A stretch of DNA of 10,285 nucleotides, from assembly GCA_038850285.1 (NCBI GenBank), contig JAWCMA010000035.1, positions 1 to 10,285 of the forward strand. The letters run 5' to 3'. The stretch is from Methanocellales archaeon. Lineage in GTDB: Archaea; Halobacteriota; JAWCLZ01. This document shows, piece by piece, positions 1 to 7,717 of the stretch. The position numbers and the translations under genes are program-made. Under the pieces are notes generated by a model that saw only the letters and a program-made list of their open reading frames with translations, was not told the origin of the DNA and made no database searches. Position 1 is the first letter of the stretch, and every line of letters begins with the position of its first letter.

Positions 1-1
1 A

Positions 2-1387
2 ACTATTTGCCCGAGCGATGTATATGGAATAGTTGGGGGAAAGGCAGAAGTTGTTAATCCGCAAAACTGCATTGAATGTGGAGAATGCGTGAAGAAATGT
101 CCAGTTGGTGCGATTACTTTATTTGAGGATCTACACAAGCAAATAATTCGCTCCATTTTAAAGCAAATTTCGCTTCCAGCGCATGTTAATGTACTATGCT
201 ATACCTTCGATGGGAGGGATCGCTATGCTATAAAAGAGGAATTCAAAAAAATTGCACTTTCAATTGGATTTCTAGAGAGTGAAATAACTTGGGAAAAATA
301 TGCCGCATTTGGGGTTAAGAAGATAGCTGATTGCGAGTTAATGGTTAAGCTCAACTTGACTTCTAATTACTTTATCTATCAATTCTGGCAAATGGGTGGA
401 AAGAGTGAATTTGGAAAACTACCAATGCTTTCAGCAATAGCATTTCCAACTGAAAGCAGACTTTCAGAGTTAGATATCTTAATAATGGAAGGGGAATTTT
501 CTGATTTAGAAATCGCAGCTCTATTGCCAGGCAGCGAAAGATTTGCAGGAGAATATTTTGATAGCTTAAAGGTGTTCACTAGATTTGAGCCTGATAGTGA
601 AGGGAGAGAGCGCTATTTCATTTTTTCCCTTGAAAAGGAATTACTGCAGAAGCACGCGGAAAGCATTGTTGATAATCTCATAAGAATAGAAAATTACTTT
701 CACTTAATAGCACTCCCGAGAGATAAATTTGAAATTGCAGTTGACCGCTTATTTAAAATTGAAAATGAAATTGGCGAGCGATTTAGAATAATTAAAGCAA
801 AACTTGATGCTGCTACCCCTCAAATCGTTAGAGAATGGCTATATGAATTGATGGCGAAACTCGCGGAAACCGCTGATATCAGCGAGGAGTTCCGGCATAT
901 TCTAGCCGATGCAGTTATCCACGGTGAAAGTCTGCAAAATCTACTGCAGAACCTGCGCTGGGGAGAGATAAAAGGCTATACTTCAATTTCAACTCCACTA
1001 GTGAGAGGATGGATATCGATCCAGAATGATTATCAGCGATTCGTTGCTAGAATTGAGGAGATTAAAGATGAAATTTCAGATATAATTGCAGTGCTGAATA
1101 TGAAAATCAATTTAATGACTCAAGAGCAAAGCTATCAGCTTCAGCGCAGTATGCATGAGACTCAAATTATGCAAATGCGCATGCAGCATACCATTGAAGG
1201 GTTATACGTTGTATTTGCCGCTTTTTACTTAACTGAACTCGGACACTTCATATTTGAAGCACTTGAGGCGCAGAGAATAGCGCCTTTTTCCTCCACAATT
1301 TTAACTGTATTATTTATCCCAGTTGCACTTCTACTTGCACTTGCAATTGCAGGTAAACTTCGCTTAAAAAGCCCAAAAGCACAGTAA
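2..1387 (+). CDS. 5'-partial fusion protein: 2x[4Fe-4S] dicluster ferredoxin domain plus DUF3422-like membrane-anchored domain (helical stalk and two C-terminal TM helices)
   Basis: The frame of ORF 89..1387 is open back to base 2 and reads TICPSDVYGIVGGKAEVVNPQNCIECGECVKKCPVGAITL: the CP of a first cluster motif, then a full CxxCxxCxxxCP. The GTG at 89 is an internal Val. Downstream segments LPAHVNVLCY, DSEGRERYFI, LIRIENYFHLIAL and QMRMQHTIEGLYVVFAAFYL resemble remembered DUF3422 motifs (APARVSHLA, DGFTRFLV, LLEIETYRMMAL, QLRLQETVEGLSVAAISYY). Two hydrophobic stretches lie at the C-terminus. Confidence 0.8.
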   Translation, partial: TICPSDVYGIVGGKAEVVNPQNCIECGECVKKCPVGAITLFEDLHKQIIRSILKQISLPAHVNVLCYTFDGRDRYAIKEEFKKIALSIGFLESEITWEKYAAFGVKKIADCELMVKLNLTSNYFIYQFWQMGGKSEFGKLPMLSAIAFPTESRLSELDILIMEGEFSDLEIAALLPGSERFAGEYFDSLKVFTRFEPDSEGRERYFIFSLEKELLQKHAESIVDNLIRIENYFHLIALPRDKFEIAVDRLFKIENEIGERFRIIKAKLDAATPQIVREWLYELMAKLAETADISEEFRHILADAVIHGESLQNLLQNLRWGEIKGYTSISTPLVRGWISIQNDYQRFVARIEEIKDEISDIIAVLNMKINLMTQEQSYQLQRSMHETQIMQMRMQHTIEGLYVVFAAFYLTELGHFIFEALEAQRIAPFSSTILTVLFIPVALLLALAIAGKLRLKSPKAQ

Positions 1388-1438
1388 ATTTGATAAGTCA
1401 GTAGCACTAAAAAGTTAAGGGTTTGGATCGAGGCGAGG

Positions 1439-2819
1439 ATGAAAAAAGTAGTAATAGTGGGCGCGGGTCCAGCGGGTCTCTTCGCTGCAATGGAGCTCAT
1501 GGGGAAAGCAGAGGTATTAGTTATCGACAAAGGTAAGGAAGCACTTGAGCGGCATTGCAAGCTCTCTGAGAAGGAGGAATGCATCCATTGTTCAATTTGC
1601 GATGTAATATGCGGCGTGGGCGGGGCTGGATGCATGTCAGATGGCAAGCTAAACCTCCACCCTGAGATCGGCGGTAGCTTGAGGGAATTTGTTTCTCCTG
1701 AGAAATCTTGGGAGTTAATTAGAAAGGTTGATGAGGTATTCGTTAGACACGGTGCAACTAATGAGGTAAGCGCAGTTGGTGCTGAAAGCTTGGTTCAAAA
1801 AGCTGCAGCTTATGGTATTGAATTCGTGCCCATCAAGCAGCGTCATATCGGCAGTGATAAACTGCCAAAGCTTGTTCAATCTATTAAGAATGGAAGCCAA
1901 TGGGGTTAAATTCTTGCTGCGTACCACTGTGGAAGACATCGAGGTTAAAGATGGACATGTAACTAGTGTAATCGCTGTGAATGATGAAGGAGTGAAGAAG
2001 ATAGAAGCGGATTATGTAGTGCTTGCTCCAGGCAGATCTGGTTTTAATTTTCTCGAGCGAATCTGCCGCAAGTTAAACATTCCACTGAAGCATCTTCCAA
2101 TCGATATAGGAGTAAGAGTTGAAGTGCCTGCGGTTGTATATGAAGATGTAATAAAGATAAACTGGGACCCGAAGTTTAGGATGCATACGCCCACTTATGA
2201 TGATCTTGTGAGAACATTTTGCACCTGCCCCTATGGATTTGTAGTAAAAGAGCAGTATGACGATGTGGTGGGTGTGAATGGTCACTCTCTGCGTGAAAAG
2301 CAGTCCAATAATACTAATTTTGCATTCATAGTTAAAGTCAATTTAACCGAGCCTGTGGAGGATACCACTGCCTATGGCTATTCAATTGCTCAACTTGCCA
2401 ATACCATTGGAGGAGGCAAGCCATTGATACAGAGACTAGGTGACTTGAAGAGAGGGCGGAGGTCTACTTGGGAGAGAATCGATAGAAGCTATATCGTGCC
2501 CACATTTAAAGATGCAACCCCTGGGGATATATCAATGGCAATGCCAGCTAGGATAGTTACAGATATAATAGAGGGCCTCGATATGCTGGATAAAGTGGTA
2601 CCTGGAGTTGCCTCTGACTCAACGCTGCTCTACGCACCTGAGATAAAATTCTCGGCACAGCGCGTTATTTCCTGGGAGGGCTTTGAAACTCAAATTAAAG
2701 GGTTATATGCAATAGGCGATGGAGCTGGAGTGAGTAGAAGCATAGTTAGCTCTGCAGCAACCGGGATAATCGCAGGGGAGCACATTAAGGCTCAGATTGA
2801 TAAGAAAAGGAAAAATTAA
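1439..2819 (+). pseudogene. NAD(P)/FAD-dependent oxidoreductase (COG2509-type uncharacterised FAD dehydrogenase) interrupted by one frameshift at about 1889 (true pseudogene or sequence error)
   Basis: ORF 1439..1909 has VVIVGAGPAG (Rossmann), a Cys cluster and GVGGAGCMSDGKL, and reads RHIGSDKLPKLVQSIK. The family sequence resumes in another frame at 1890 (MEANGVKF..., IGVRVE, VRTFCTCPYG, VNGHS, TNFA, LLYAPEIKF, GLYAIGDGAG). GAGG-type RBS motifs precede 1439. Confidence 0.88.
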
Positions 2820-2821
2820 AG

Positions 2822-3298
2822 TTAAATCTTTTTAATAAGCCTTATCCAGATAGCTTTTCTATCTTTCTCCTCAAATCCAGCTTTTCTGGATATCGCTAGA
2901 CCTGCTTTATTTCCACTTCCAACCCAGGTCTCTATTTTATTACGCCCGCTCCTTATCAAATAATCCATACCTCTCTTTAAAAGCTGATCTCCTATACCCC
3001 TGCGTTGATACTCAGGTAAAACAGCCAATTCGTGGATAGCACCCACTCTTTCTCCTTCTTCCTTGCTCCACCAGTTTGCATCGACAAATATAAAACCAAC
3101 TGTTTTTTCATCAAGCTTAGCAGTGAATAGTCCATTTTTATCACGCTTGTAAAGCCATTTCAAATATCGCTTAATTGCACTCTCGCTTTTTAGAGAATAT
3201 CCCTCTGAATTTTCATAAGCAGCTTTATATATAGATCTAAGCTCCCTCCAGATGCTTATATCTCTTCTTTCTATTTCTATTTCTATTTGCATTTCCAA
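2822..3298 (-). CDS. GNAT-family N-acetyltransferase
   Basis: Acetyl-CoA-binding motif A IHELAVLPEYQRRGIGDQLL and motif B-like VGSGNKAGLAISRKAGF, about 158 aa. The start is either TTG at 3298 or ATG at 3292. Confidence 0.9.
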   Translation of the reverse strand: MEMQIEIEIERRDISIWRELRSIYKAAYENSEGYSLKSESAIKRYLKWLYKRDKNGLFTAKLDEKTVGFIFVDANWWSKEEGERVGAIHELAVLPEYQRRGIGDQLLKRGMDYLIRSGRNKIETWVGSGNKAGLAISRKAGFEEKDRKAIWIRLIKKI

Positions 3299-3311
3299 TT
3301 CCCATATAATC

Positions 3312-3320
3312 TATATATTT
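3312..3320. promoter_or_regulatory. TATA-like box in the 66-bp divergent GNAT/ahcY spacer
   Basis: TATATATTT lies about 45 nt upstream of the ahcY ATG. An RBS-like GAGGT is at 3354-3358. Confidence 0.45.
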
Positions 3321-3364
3321 AAGGATGCAATGGTATTTCTATCCCTTCAATCTGAGGTAGATCT

Positions 3365-4621
3365 ATGAAGAAATACATTGTTAAAAATATCAAGCTTGCT
3401 GAAGCGGGTAAAAGAAGAATCGAATGGGCAAAGCGTCACATGCCTGTGCTGCAGTTGATTGAAAAAGAATATCAAGAAAGCAAGCCCCTGGAGAAGATAA
3501 AAATAGCTGCTTGTTTGCATGTAACAGTGGAAACTGCTAATTTAATTCACGCGCTGCGAAGCGGTGGAGCAGAAATCTCGCTAACAGCAAGCAATCCCTT
3601 GAGTACGCAAGATGATGTTGCAGCTGCCCTTGCTAGCGACGGTATACATGTCTATGCCATTAAGGGCGAGAGCGAGGAGGAATATTATCGATGCATTGAG
3701 GAGGCGTTGAAGATTAAGCCAAATATTACGCTGGACGATGGCGCTGACACAATTGCAATGATACACGCGAAATACCGCGAGTTGATATCTAACATAATCG
3801 GAGGCTGTGAGGAAACCACAACAGGGGTAATTCGATTAAGAGCCATGGTTAAAGAAGGTGCTTTGAAATATCCAGTTATAGCAGTTAATGATGCTGAGAC
3901 CAAAATGATGTTCGACAATCGCTATGGAACTGGGCAGAGTACAATACACGGTATATTAAATGCAACGAATATTTTAATCGCGGGTAAAACCCTAGTGATC
4001 GCTGGCTATGGATGGTGCGGCCGTGGAGTTGCAATGCGCGCTCGCGGTATGGGGGCAAATGTGGTGGTGGTTGAAACTGATCCAAGGAAAGCGTTGGAAG
4101 CAGTGATGGATGGATTTCGAGTGATGGATATGAAAGCAGCAGCTAGAATAGGAGATTTATTCATCACAGTAACTGGGAATATCTCTGTCATTAGAAAAGA
4201 GCATTTTAAACTCATGAAAGATCAAGCTATTCTAGCAAACGCAGGGCACTTCAATGTTGAAATAGATATTCCAGATCTCGAAAAGCTTGCGGTGAAGAAG
4301 CAAAATGTGAAGGAAAATGTGGATGAATATATTTTGAGAGACGGGAGAAGGATCTATTTACTAGCCGAGGGTAGACTTGTTAACCTCGCTGCAGCCTATG
4401 GTCACCCCCCAGAAGTCATGGATATGAGCTTTGCAAATCAAGCACTCTGCGTGAAATACCTCGTGGAGCGCAAAGGTGAATTGGAAAATAAAGTATATCC
4501 AGTGCCGGAAGAAATCGACAAAAAAGTAGCTAGGTTAAAGCTCGCTAGCTTGAAAATTAAAATCGAGTCACTTGCAAAGGAGCAGGAGAGATACCTCACG
4601 AGTTGGAAAATGGGCACTTAG
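3365..4621 (+). CDS. ahcY: Adenosylhomocysteinase (SAH hydrolase), short archaeal-type form
   Basis: Motifs [76 protein letters not shown] and [11 protein letters not shown], 418 aa. Confidence 0.98.
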   Translation: MKKYIVKNIKLAEAGKRRIEWAKRHMPVLQLIEKEYQESKPLEKIKIAACLHVTVETANLIHALRSGGAEISLTASNPLSTQDDVAAALASDGIHVYAIKGESEEEYYRCIEEALKIKPNITLDDGADTIAMIHAKYRELISNIIGGCEETTTGVIRLRAMVKEGALKYPVIAVNDAETKMMFDNRYGTGQSTIHGILNATNILIAGKTLVIAGYGWCGRGVAMRARGMGANVVVVETDPRKALEAVMDGFRVMDMKAAARIGDLFITVTGNISVIRKEHFKLMKDQAILANAGHFNVEIDIPDLEKLAVKKQNVKENVDEYILRDGRRIYLLAEGRLVNLAAAYGHPPEVMDMSFANQALCVKYLVERKGELENKVYPVPEEIDKKVARLKLASLKIKIESLAKEQERYLTSWKMGT

Positions 4622-4632
4622 GAGCGAGAAAT

Positions 4633-5706
4633 ATGAAGCTATCTAGCTTGAGGAATTATTTGCAGCAGCAATTTGGAGAGAAAGTGGAAATTTCATACAC
4701 TGGTGAATTAAAGGTTGAAAAAGATGAGCTTAAGGGCTTTGGCTATGGCAAGCCTGTTGAAATAGAAATTAAAATCAATGAAGATATACACTCTTTAGTG
4801 CTCTCCTCAATGCGCGTGCAAAAAGGCTTCGGGCACGATCATTTCTCCGATCGAGCGCAGATATTGCTATGGCAGTACTCAACTTTTAATAAACTCCCAA
4901 GGCATGTGAAAGCTCTTGATGTGGGCTACTTCACCAGAGAGGGAGAGCTTTTTTCAGCGGGTGGAGCAGAGGAGTTTTTTCTCTTAATGGAGAAAGTGCA
5001 AGGCAGAGAATATCATTTTGACTTAGATAGATTGAGAGATGGAGGGGAGTTAAGAGAACTTGATATAGCTAGAGCAAGAGCACTCTCAAATTATTTAGCG
5101 CAGATTCATTCACAAAAGCACAGGGATGAAGAACTCTATAAGCGCAGAATTCGAGAGTTAGTGGGTCACGGTGAATGTATTATGGGATTGATCGATAGCT
5201 ATCCAAGGGATTTTGAATTTGCCTCACCTCGGGATTTTTGTAAAATTGAGCAAAAATGCATTGAATGGAGATTCAAACTCCGAGATCGCGCTGAGAGGCT
5301 AAGCGTGGTACATGGCGACTTTCACCCTTGGAATGTGATTTTCAGAGAAGGCATTGACTTCACCATTCTAGATCGAAGCAGAGGGGAATATGGAGAGCCC
5401 GCTGATGATGTGGCGACAATGAGCATGAATTATTTATTCTACTCTCTTCAGAAATACGGCAAACTAGAAAACGAGTTCAAGCTGCTTTTCGATATCTTCA
5501 TAGGTAATTATCTTGAGAAAACTGGTGATAGCGAGATATTGAAATTCATGCCTCCCTTTTACGTCTTCCGCGCGCTAGTGATAGCTAGTCCAATTTGGTA
5601 TCCCACTTTACCGCCGAAGGTGAGGATGAGGCTCTTTAGCTTCATTCGCAATATACTTGAGGTGGAGGAATTCGAGCCTCGAAGAGTAAATGAGTTACTG
5701 GAATAG
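4633..5706 (+). CDS. Aminoglycoside-phosphotransferase/choline-kinase-fold phosphotransferase, substrate unknown
   Basis: Brenner motif VVHGDFHPWNVIF and second Asp motif ILDRSRGEYGEPADD. ATG at 4633 is preferred over the tracked TTG at 4603 because GGAG at 4621-4624 precedes it and it avoids overlap with ahcY. Confidence 0.85.
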   Translation: MKLSSLRNYLQQQFGEKVEISYTGELKVEKDELKGFGYGKPVEIEIKINEDIHSLVLSSMRVQKGFGHDHFSDRAQILLWQYSTFNKLPRHVKALDVGYFTREGELFSAGGAEEFFLLMEKVQGREYHFDLDRLRDGGELRELDIARARALSNYLAQIHSQKHRDEELYKRRIRELVGHGECIMGLIDSYPRDFEFASPRDFCKIEQKCIEWRFKLRDRAERLSVVHGDFHPWNVIFREGIDFTILDRSRGEYGEPADDVATMSMNYLFYSLQKYGKLENEFKLLFDIFIGNYLEKTGDSEILKFMPPFYVFRALVIASPIWYPTLPPKVRMRLFSFIRNILEVEEFEPRRVNELLE

Positions 5707-5720
5707 GTTTTAATTCAATA

Positions 5721-7061
5721 TTAATATATATTCAAATAATTGTCGATTTCCCACTGATGCACCTTGGTTCGATATTCATCCCATTCGATCTTCTTTGCCC
5801 GCACATAGTAGTTGTAGATGTGCTCGGTTAAAGCTGACTTTACCACTTCATCTTTCTCAAGCTCTCTCAGGGCTTCGATCAATGTACCTGGAAGGCTCTC
5901 TATGCCCATTTTTTTCCTTTCCTCGGGAGTTAATTGATAGATATTCCTATAGATGGGTTTACCTGGGTCGATCTTGTTTTTGATTCCATCCAAGCCTGCC
6001 TTGAGCATAACTGATAAAGCGAGATAGGGATTGCAGCTTGGGTCGGGACTTCTCAATTCAACTCTTGTACCTATTCCCCTGCGGGCAGGCACTCTCACAA
6101 GTGGACTTCTATTCCTCTCGGACCAAGCAATGTAAACAGGTGCTTCATAATCTGGTACAAGTCGCTTATAGGAGTTCACAAGGGGATTGGTAATTGCCGT
6201 GAAGCCCTTAGCATGCTTGAGAAGCCCGCCTATGTAGTACATTGCTATATCGCTGAGCTGATATTCTCCTGAGGGATCGTAGAAGGCATTTCTGCCATTT
6301 TTAAAGAGAGATTGATGGGTATGCATACCTGAGCCGCAGATGCCATAAATTGGCTTGGGCATGAATGTAGCATGCAAACCCATGTTACTGGCAATTGTTT
6401 TTATGACAAATCTTATGGTAACGATTTTATCCGCTATTGAAAGCGCATCGCCGTATTTGAAGTCTATTTCATGTTGTCCACTGGCAACTTCGTGGTGACT
6501 TGCTTCGATTTCAAATCCCATAGCTTTCAATGCAAGTACCATTTCTCTCCTAGCCTCTTCTCCCTTATCAAGCGGCGCTAAATCAAAATAGCTTCCACGG
6601 TCGTGGGTAATTGTGGAGGGAGTGCCATCTGGGTTTTTCAGGAACATGAAGAACTCTATCTCTGGGCCGACGTTCATGGTGAATCCCATTTTCCTAGCCT
6701 CTTCGATCGCCCGCTTCAGATTATTCCGCGGGCAACCTGCGAATGGAGTGCCATCTGGATTGTAAACATCACATATTAACCTCGCCACTGCCAAGTCCTT
6801 TGGCTTCCAAGGGAAAATCGCAAAGGTATTTAAATCAGGCCTTAGATACATATCACTTTCTTCTATGCGGACAAATCCCTCTATACTTGAGCCATCGAAC
6901 ATTATTTCCCCATCAAGTGCTTTCTCAAGCTGATCCACAGGTATAGCTACGTTTTTGATCATTCCAAAAATATCGGTGAATTGCAATCTTATGAATGCCA
7001 CATTTAACTCTTGAGCTTTATTGAGAATATCGCTCTTGGTTGGCTTCTTCACTTTCTTCAT
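5721..7061 (-). CDS. glnA: Glutamine synthetase type I (GSI-alpha)
   Basis: Motifs [69 protein letters not shown] and [15 protein letters not shown]. The 446-aa length is typical of GSI-alpha. Confidence 0.98.
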   Translation of the reverse strand: MKKVKKPTKSDILNKAQELNVAFIRLQFTDIFGMIKNVAIPVDQLEKALDGEIMFDGSSIEGFVRIEESDMYLRPDLNTFAIFPWKPKDLAVARLICDVYNPDGTPFAGCPRNNLKRAIEEARKMGFTMNVGPEIEFFMFLKNPDGTPSTITHDRGSYFDLAPLDKGEEARREMVLALKAMGFEIEASHHEVASGQHEIDFKYGDALSIADKIVTIRFVIKTIASNMGLHATFMPKPIYGICGSGMHTHQSLFKNGRNAFYDPSGEYQLSDIAMYYIGGLLKHAKGFTAITNPLVNSYKRLVPDYEAPVYIAWSERNRSPLVRVPARRGIGTRVELRSPDPSCNPYLALSVMLKAGLDGIKNKIDPGKPIYRNIYQLTPEERKKMGIESLPGTLIEALRELEKDEVVKSALTEHIYNYYVRAKKIEWDEYRTKVHQWEIDNYLNIY

Positions 7062-7093
7062 ATCAATCAGCTGGTGCTATAATCGCACATTAA

Positions 7094-7124
7094 AGATATA
7101 ATCCTTTTCGCTTATTAGGATTAT
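7094..7124 (-). promoter_or_regulatory. Candidate glnA promoter (BRE/TATA-like) overlapped by an 8-bp inverted repeat
   Basis: The minus strand reads CGAAAAGGATTATATCT, with the TATA-like part 33-40 nt before the glnA ATG. The inverted repeat is ATAATCCT (7098-7105)-N11-AGGATTAT (7117-7124). Confidence 0.5.
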
Positions 7125-7176
7125 TTGCTTGGTTTATTATAGGTGGTTAAGGACTTCAATTCATCGTTGCATTATT

Positions 7177-7258
7177 TTAGGTCTTACCATTTTTCTTTTC
7201 TTACCTATGGATGCAAGGGTTGTATTTAACTGAGTTTTCCTGAAATGGTAAGATCTGA
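7177..7258 (+). repeat. 16-bp imperfect inverted repeat with a 50-nt loop
   Basis: TTAGGTCTTACCATTT (7177-7192) and AAATGGTAAGATCTGA (7243-7258) give 14 Watson-Crick pairs plus 2 G-U pairs when read on the + strand. Confidence 0.7.
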
Positions 7259-7433
7259 GGAATATATCTTGTTGTAATTAGGTATCCATATTTCCAACCC
7301 TTAGTCTCTCTAATAAATCCCTTCGCCATCGATCAATATTGTATCCTGCGCCTATCTTAACAATTAACCTCTGCCACCTCTTTCGCATTCGAGGTCTTTA
7401 TGCTAAATGCTATTTCATCTACTTTGGTAAGGT

Positions 7434-7469
7434 CTTTTGCTTTGGCTTTTTTGCCTCTTTATCCCAATA
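7434..7469 (-). mobile_element. Possible tiny transposase relic (IS1634-like N-terminal motif)
   Basis: Translates YWDKEAKKPKQK, resembling the remembered YWDKEKK(K/Q)PRQK motif near the N-terminus of IS1634-like transposases. Only 12 codons, with no DDE domain or terminal repeats seen. Confidence 0.3.
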
Positions 7470-7470
7470 G

Positions 7471-7566
7471 ATAGAGCAAGAGAAGGCCGAGAAATGGATC
7501 AAGCGCTTAAAGGTGGGAGAATATGGAATTGAATGCTTAAGAAATTGTTTATCGAAGAAGGAATAA
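7471..7566 (+). pseudogene. Orphan 3' gene fragment, family not recognised
   Basis: Purine-rich, protein-like frame IEQEKAEKWIKRLKVGEYGIECLRNCLSKKE* that is directly preceded by an in-frame TAG and has no start codon at its 5' end. Confidence 0.35.
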
Positions 7567-7611
7567 CATAATGTAAACAAATCGCGAAACCCTATTGCTT
7601 GCAAAAAATTT

Positions 7612-7657
7612 GGATAAGTTTATATTGATGTTTTACTTCCGAGGTTAAATTTATATT
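7612..7657 (+). promoter_or_regulatory. Tandem TATA-box-containing direct repeat upstream of the ferredoxin/glutamate synthase operon
   Basis: GGATAAGTTTATATT (7612-7626) and GGTTAAATTTATATT (7643-7657) match at 13 of 15 positions with a 31-bp period. Confidence 0.6.
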
Positions 7658-7683
7658 TACTCGATAATTATTAACTTCGATGA

Positions 7684-7708
7684 TAGGAAATAAGAAGCCA
7701 ATTTCCTA
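7684..7708 (+). promoter_or_regulatory. Inverted repeat abutting the ferredoxin RBS
   Basis: TAGGAAAT-N9-ATTTCCTA, whose last base begins the RBS-like AGGTGGG (7708-7714). The ATG is at 7718. Confidence 0.5.
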
Positions 7709-7717
7709 GGTGGGAAA

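Noticed and set aside
89-91. GTG start of the 432-aa ORF
   Set aside because: It lies inside the CxxCxxCxxxCP motif and the frame is open to the window edge.
1776-1889. N-terminus of the tracked 347-aa ORF as an independent gene
   Set aside because: It is an out-of-frame shadow of the real N-terminal half, and family-like sequence only begins at 1890.
1880-1900. Programmed ribosomal frameshift
   Set aside because: There is no slippery heptamer or obvious stimulator, and the joined product appears to be missing residues.
4633-5706. Antibiotic-resistance (aminoglycoside kinase) call
   Set aside because: Only the fold motifs are shared, and the context is housekeeping with no mobile-element association.
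4619-5706. Pyrrolysine readthrough at the TAG stops of ahcY and the kinase
   Set aside because: Both proteins end at plausible family C-termini, and no pyl genes are in view.
7419-7604. 61-aa minus-strand ORF as an intact gene
   Set aside because: It appears chimeric: most of it is the antisense of a + strand fragment, and only the last codons look coding.
7062-7717. Canonical NrpR or GlnR/TnrA boxes, or a glnA (glutamine) riboswitch
   Set aside because: No GGAA-N6-TTCC or TGTNA-N7-TNACA was seen by eye, and the predicted glnA leader is too short for a riboswitch.
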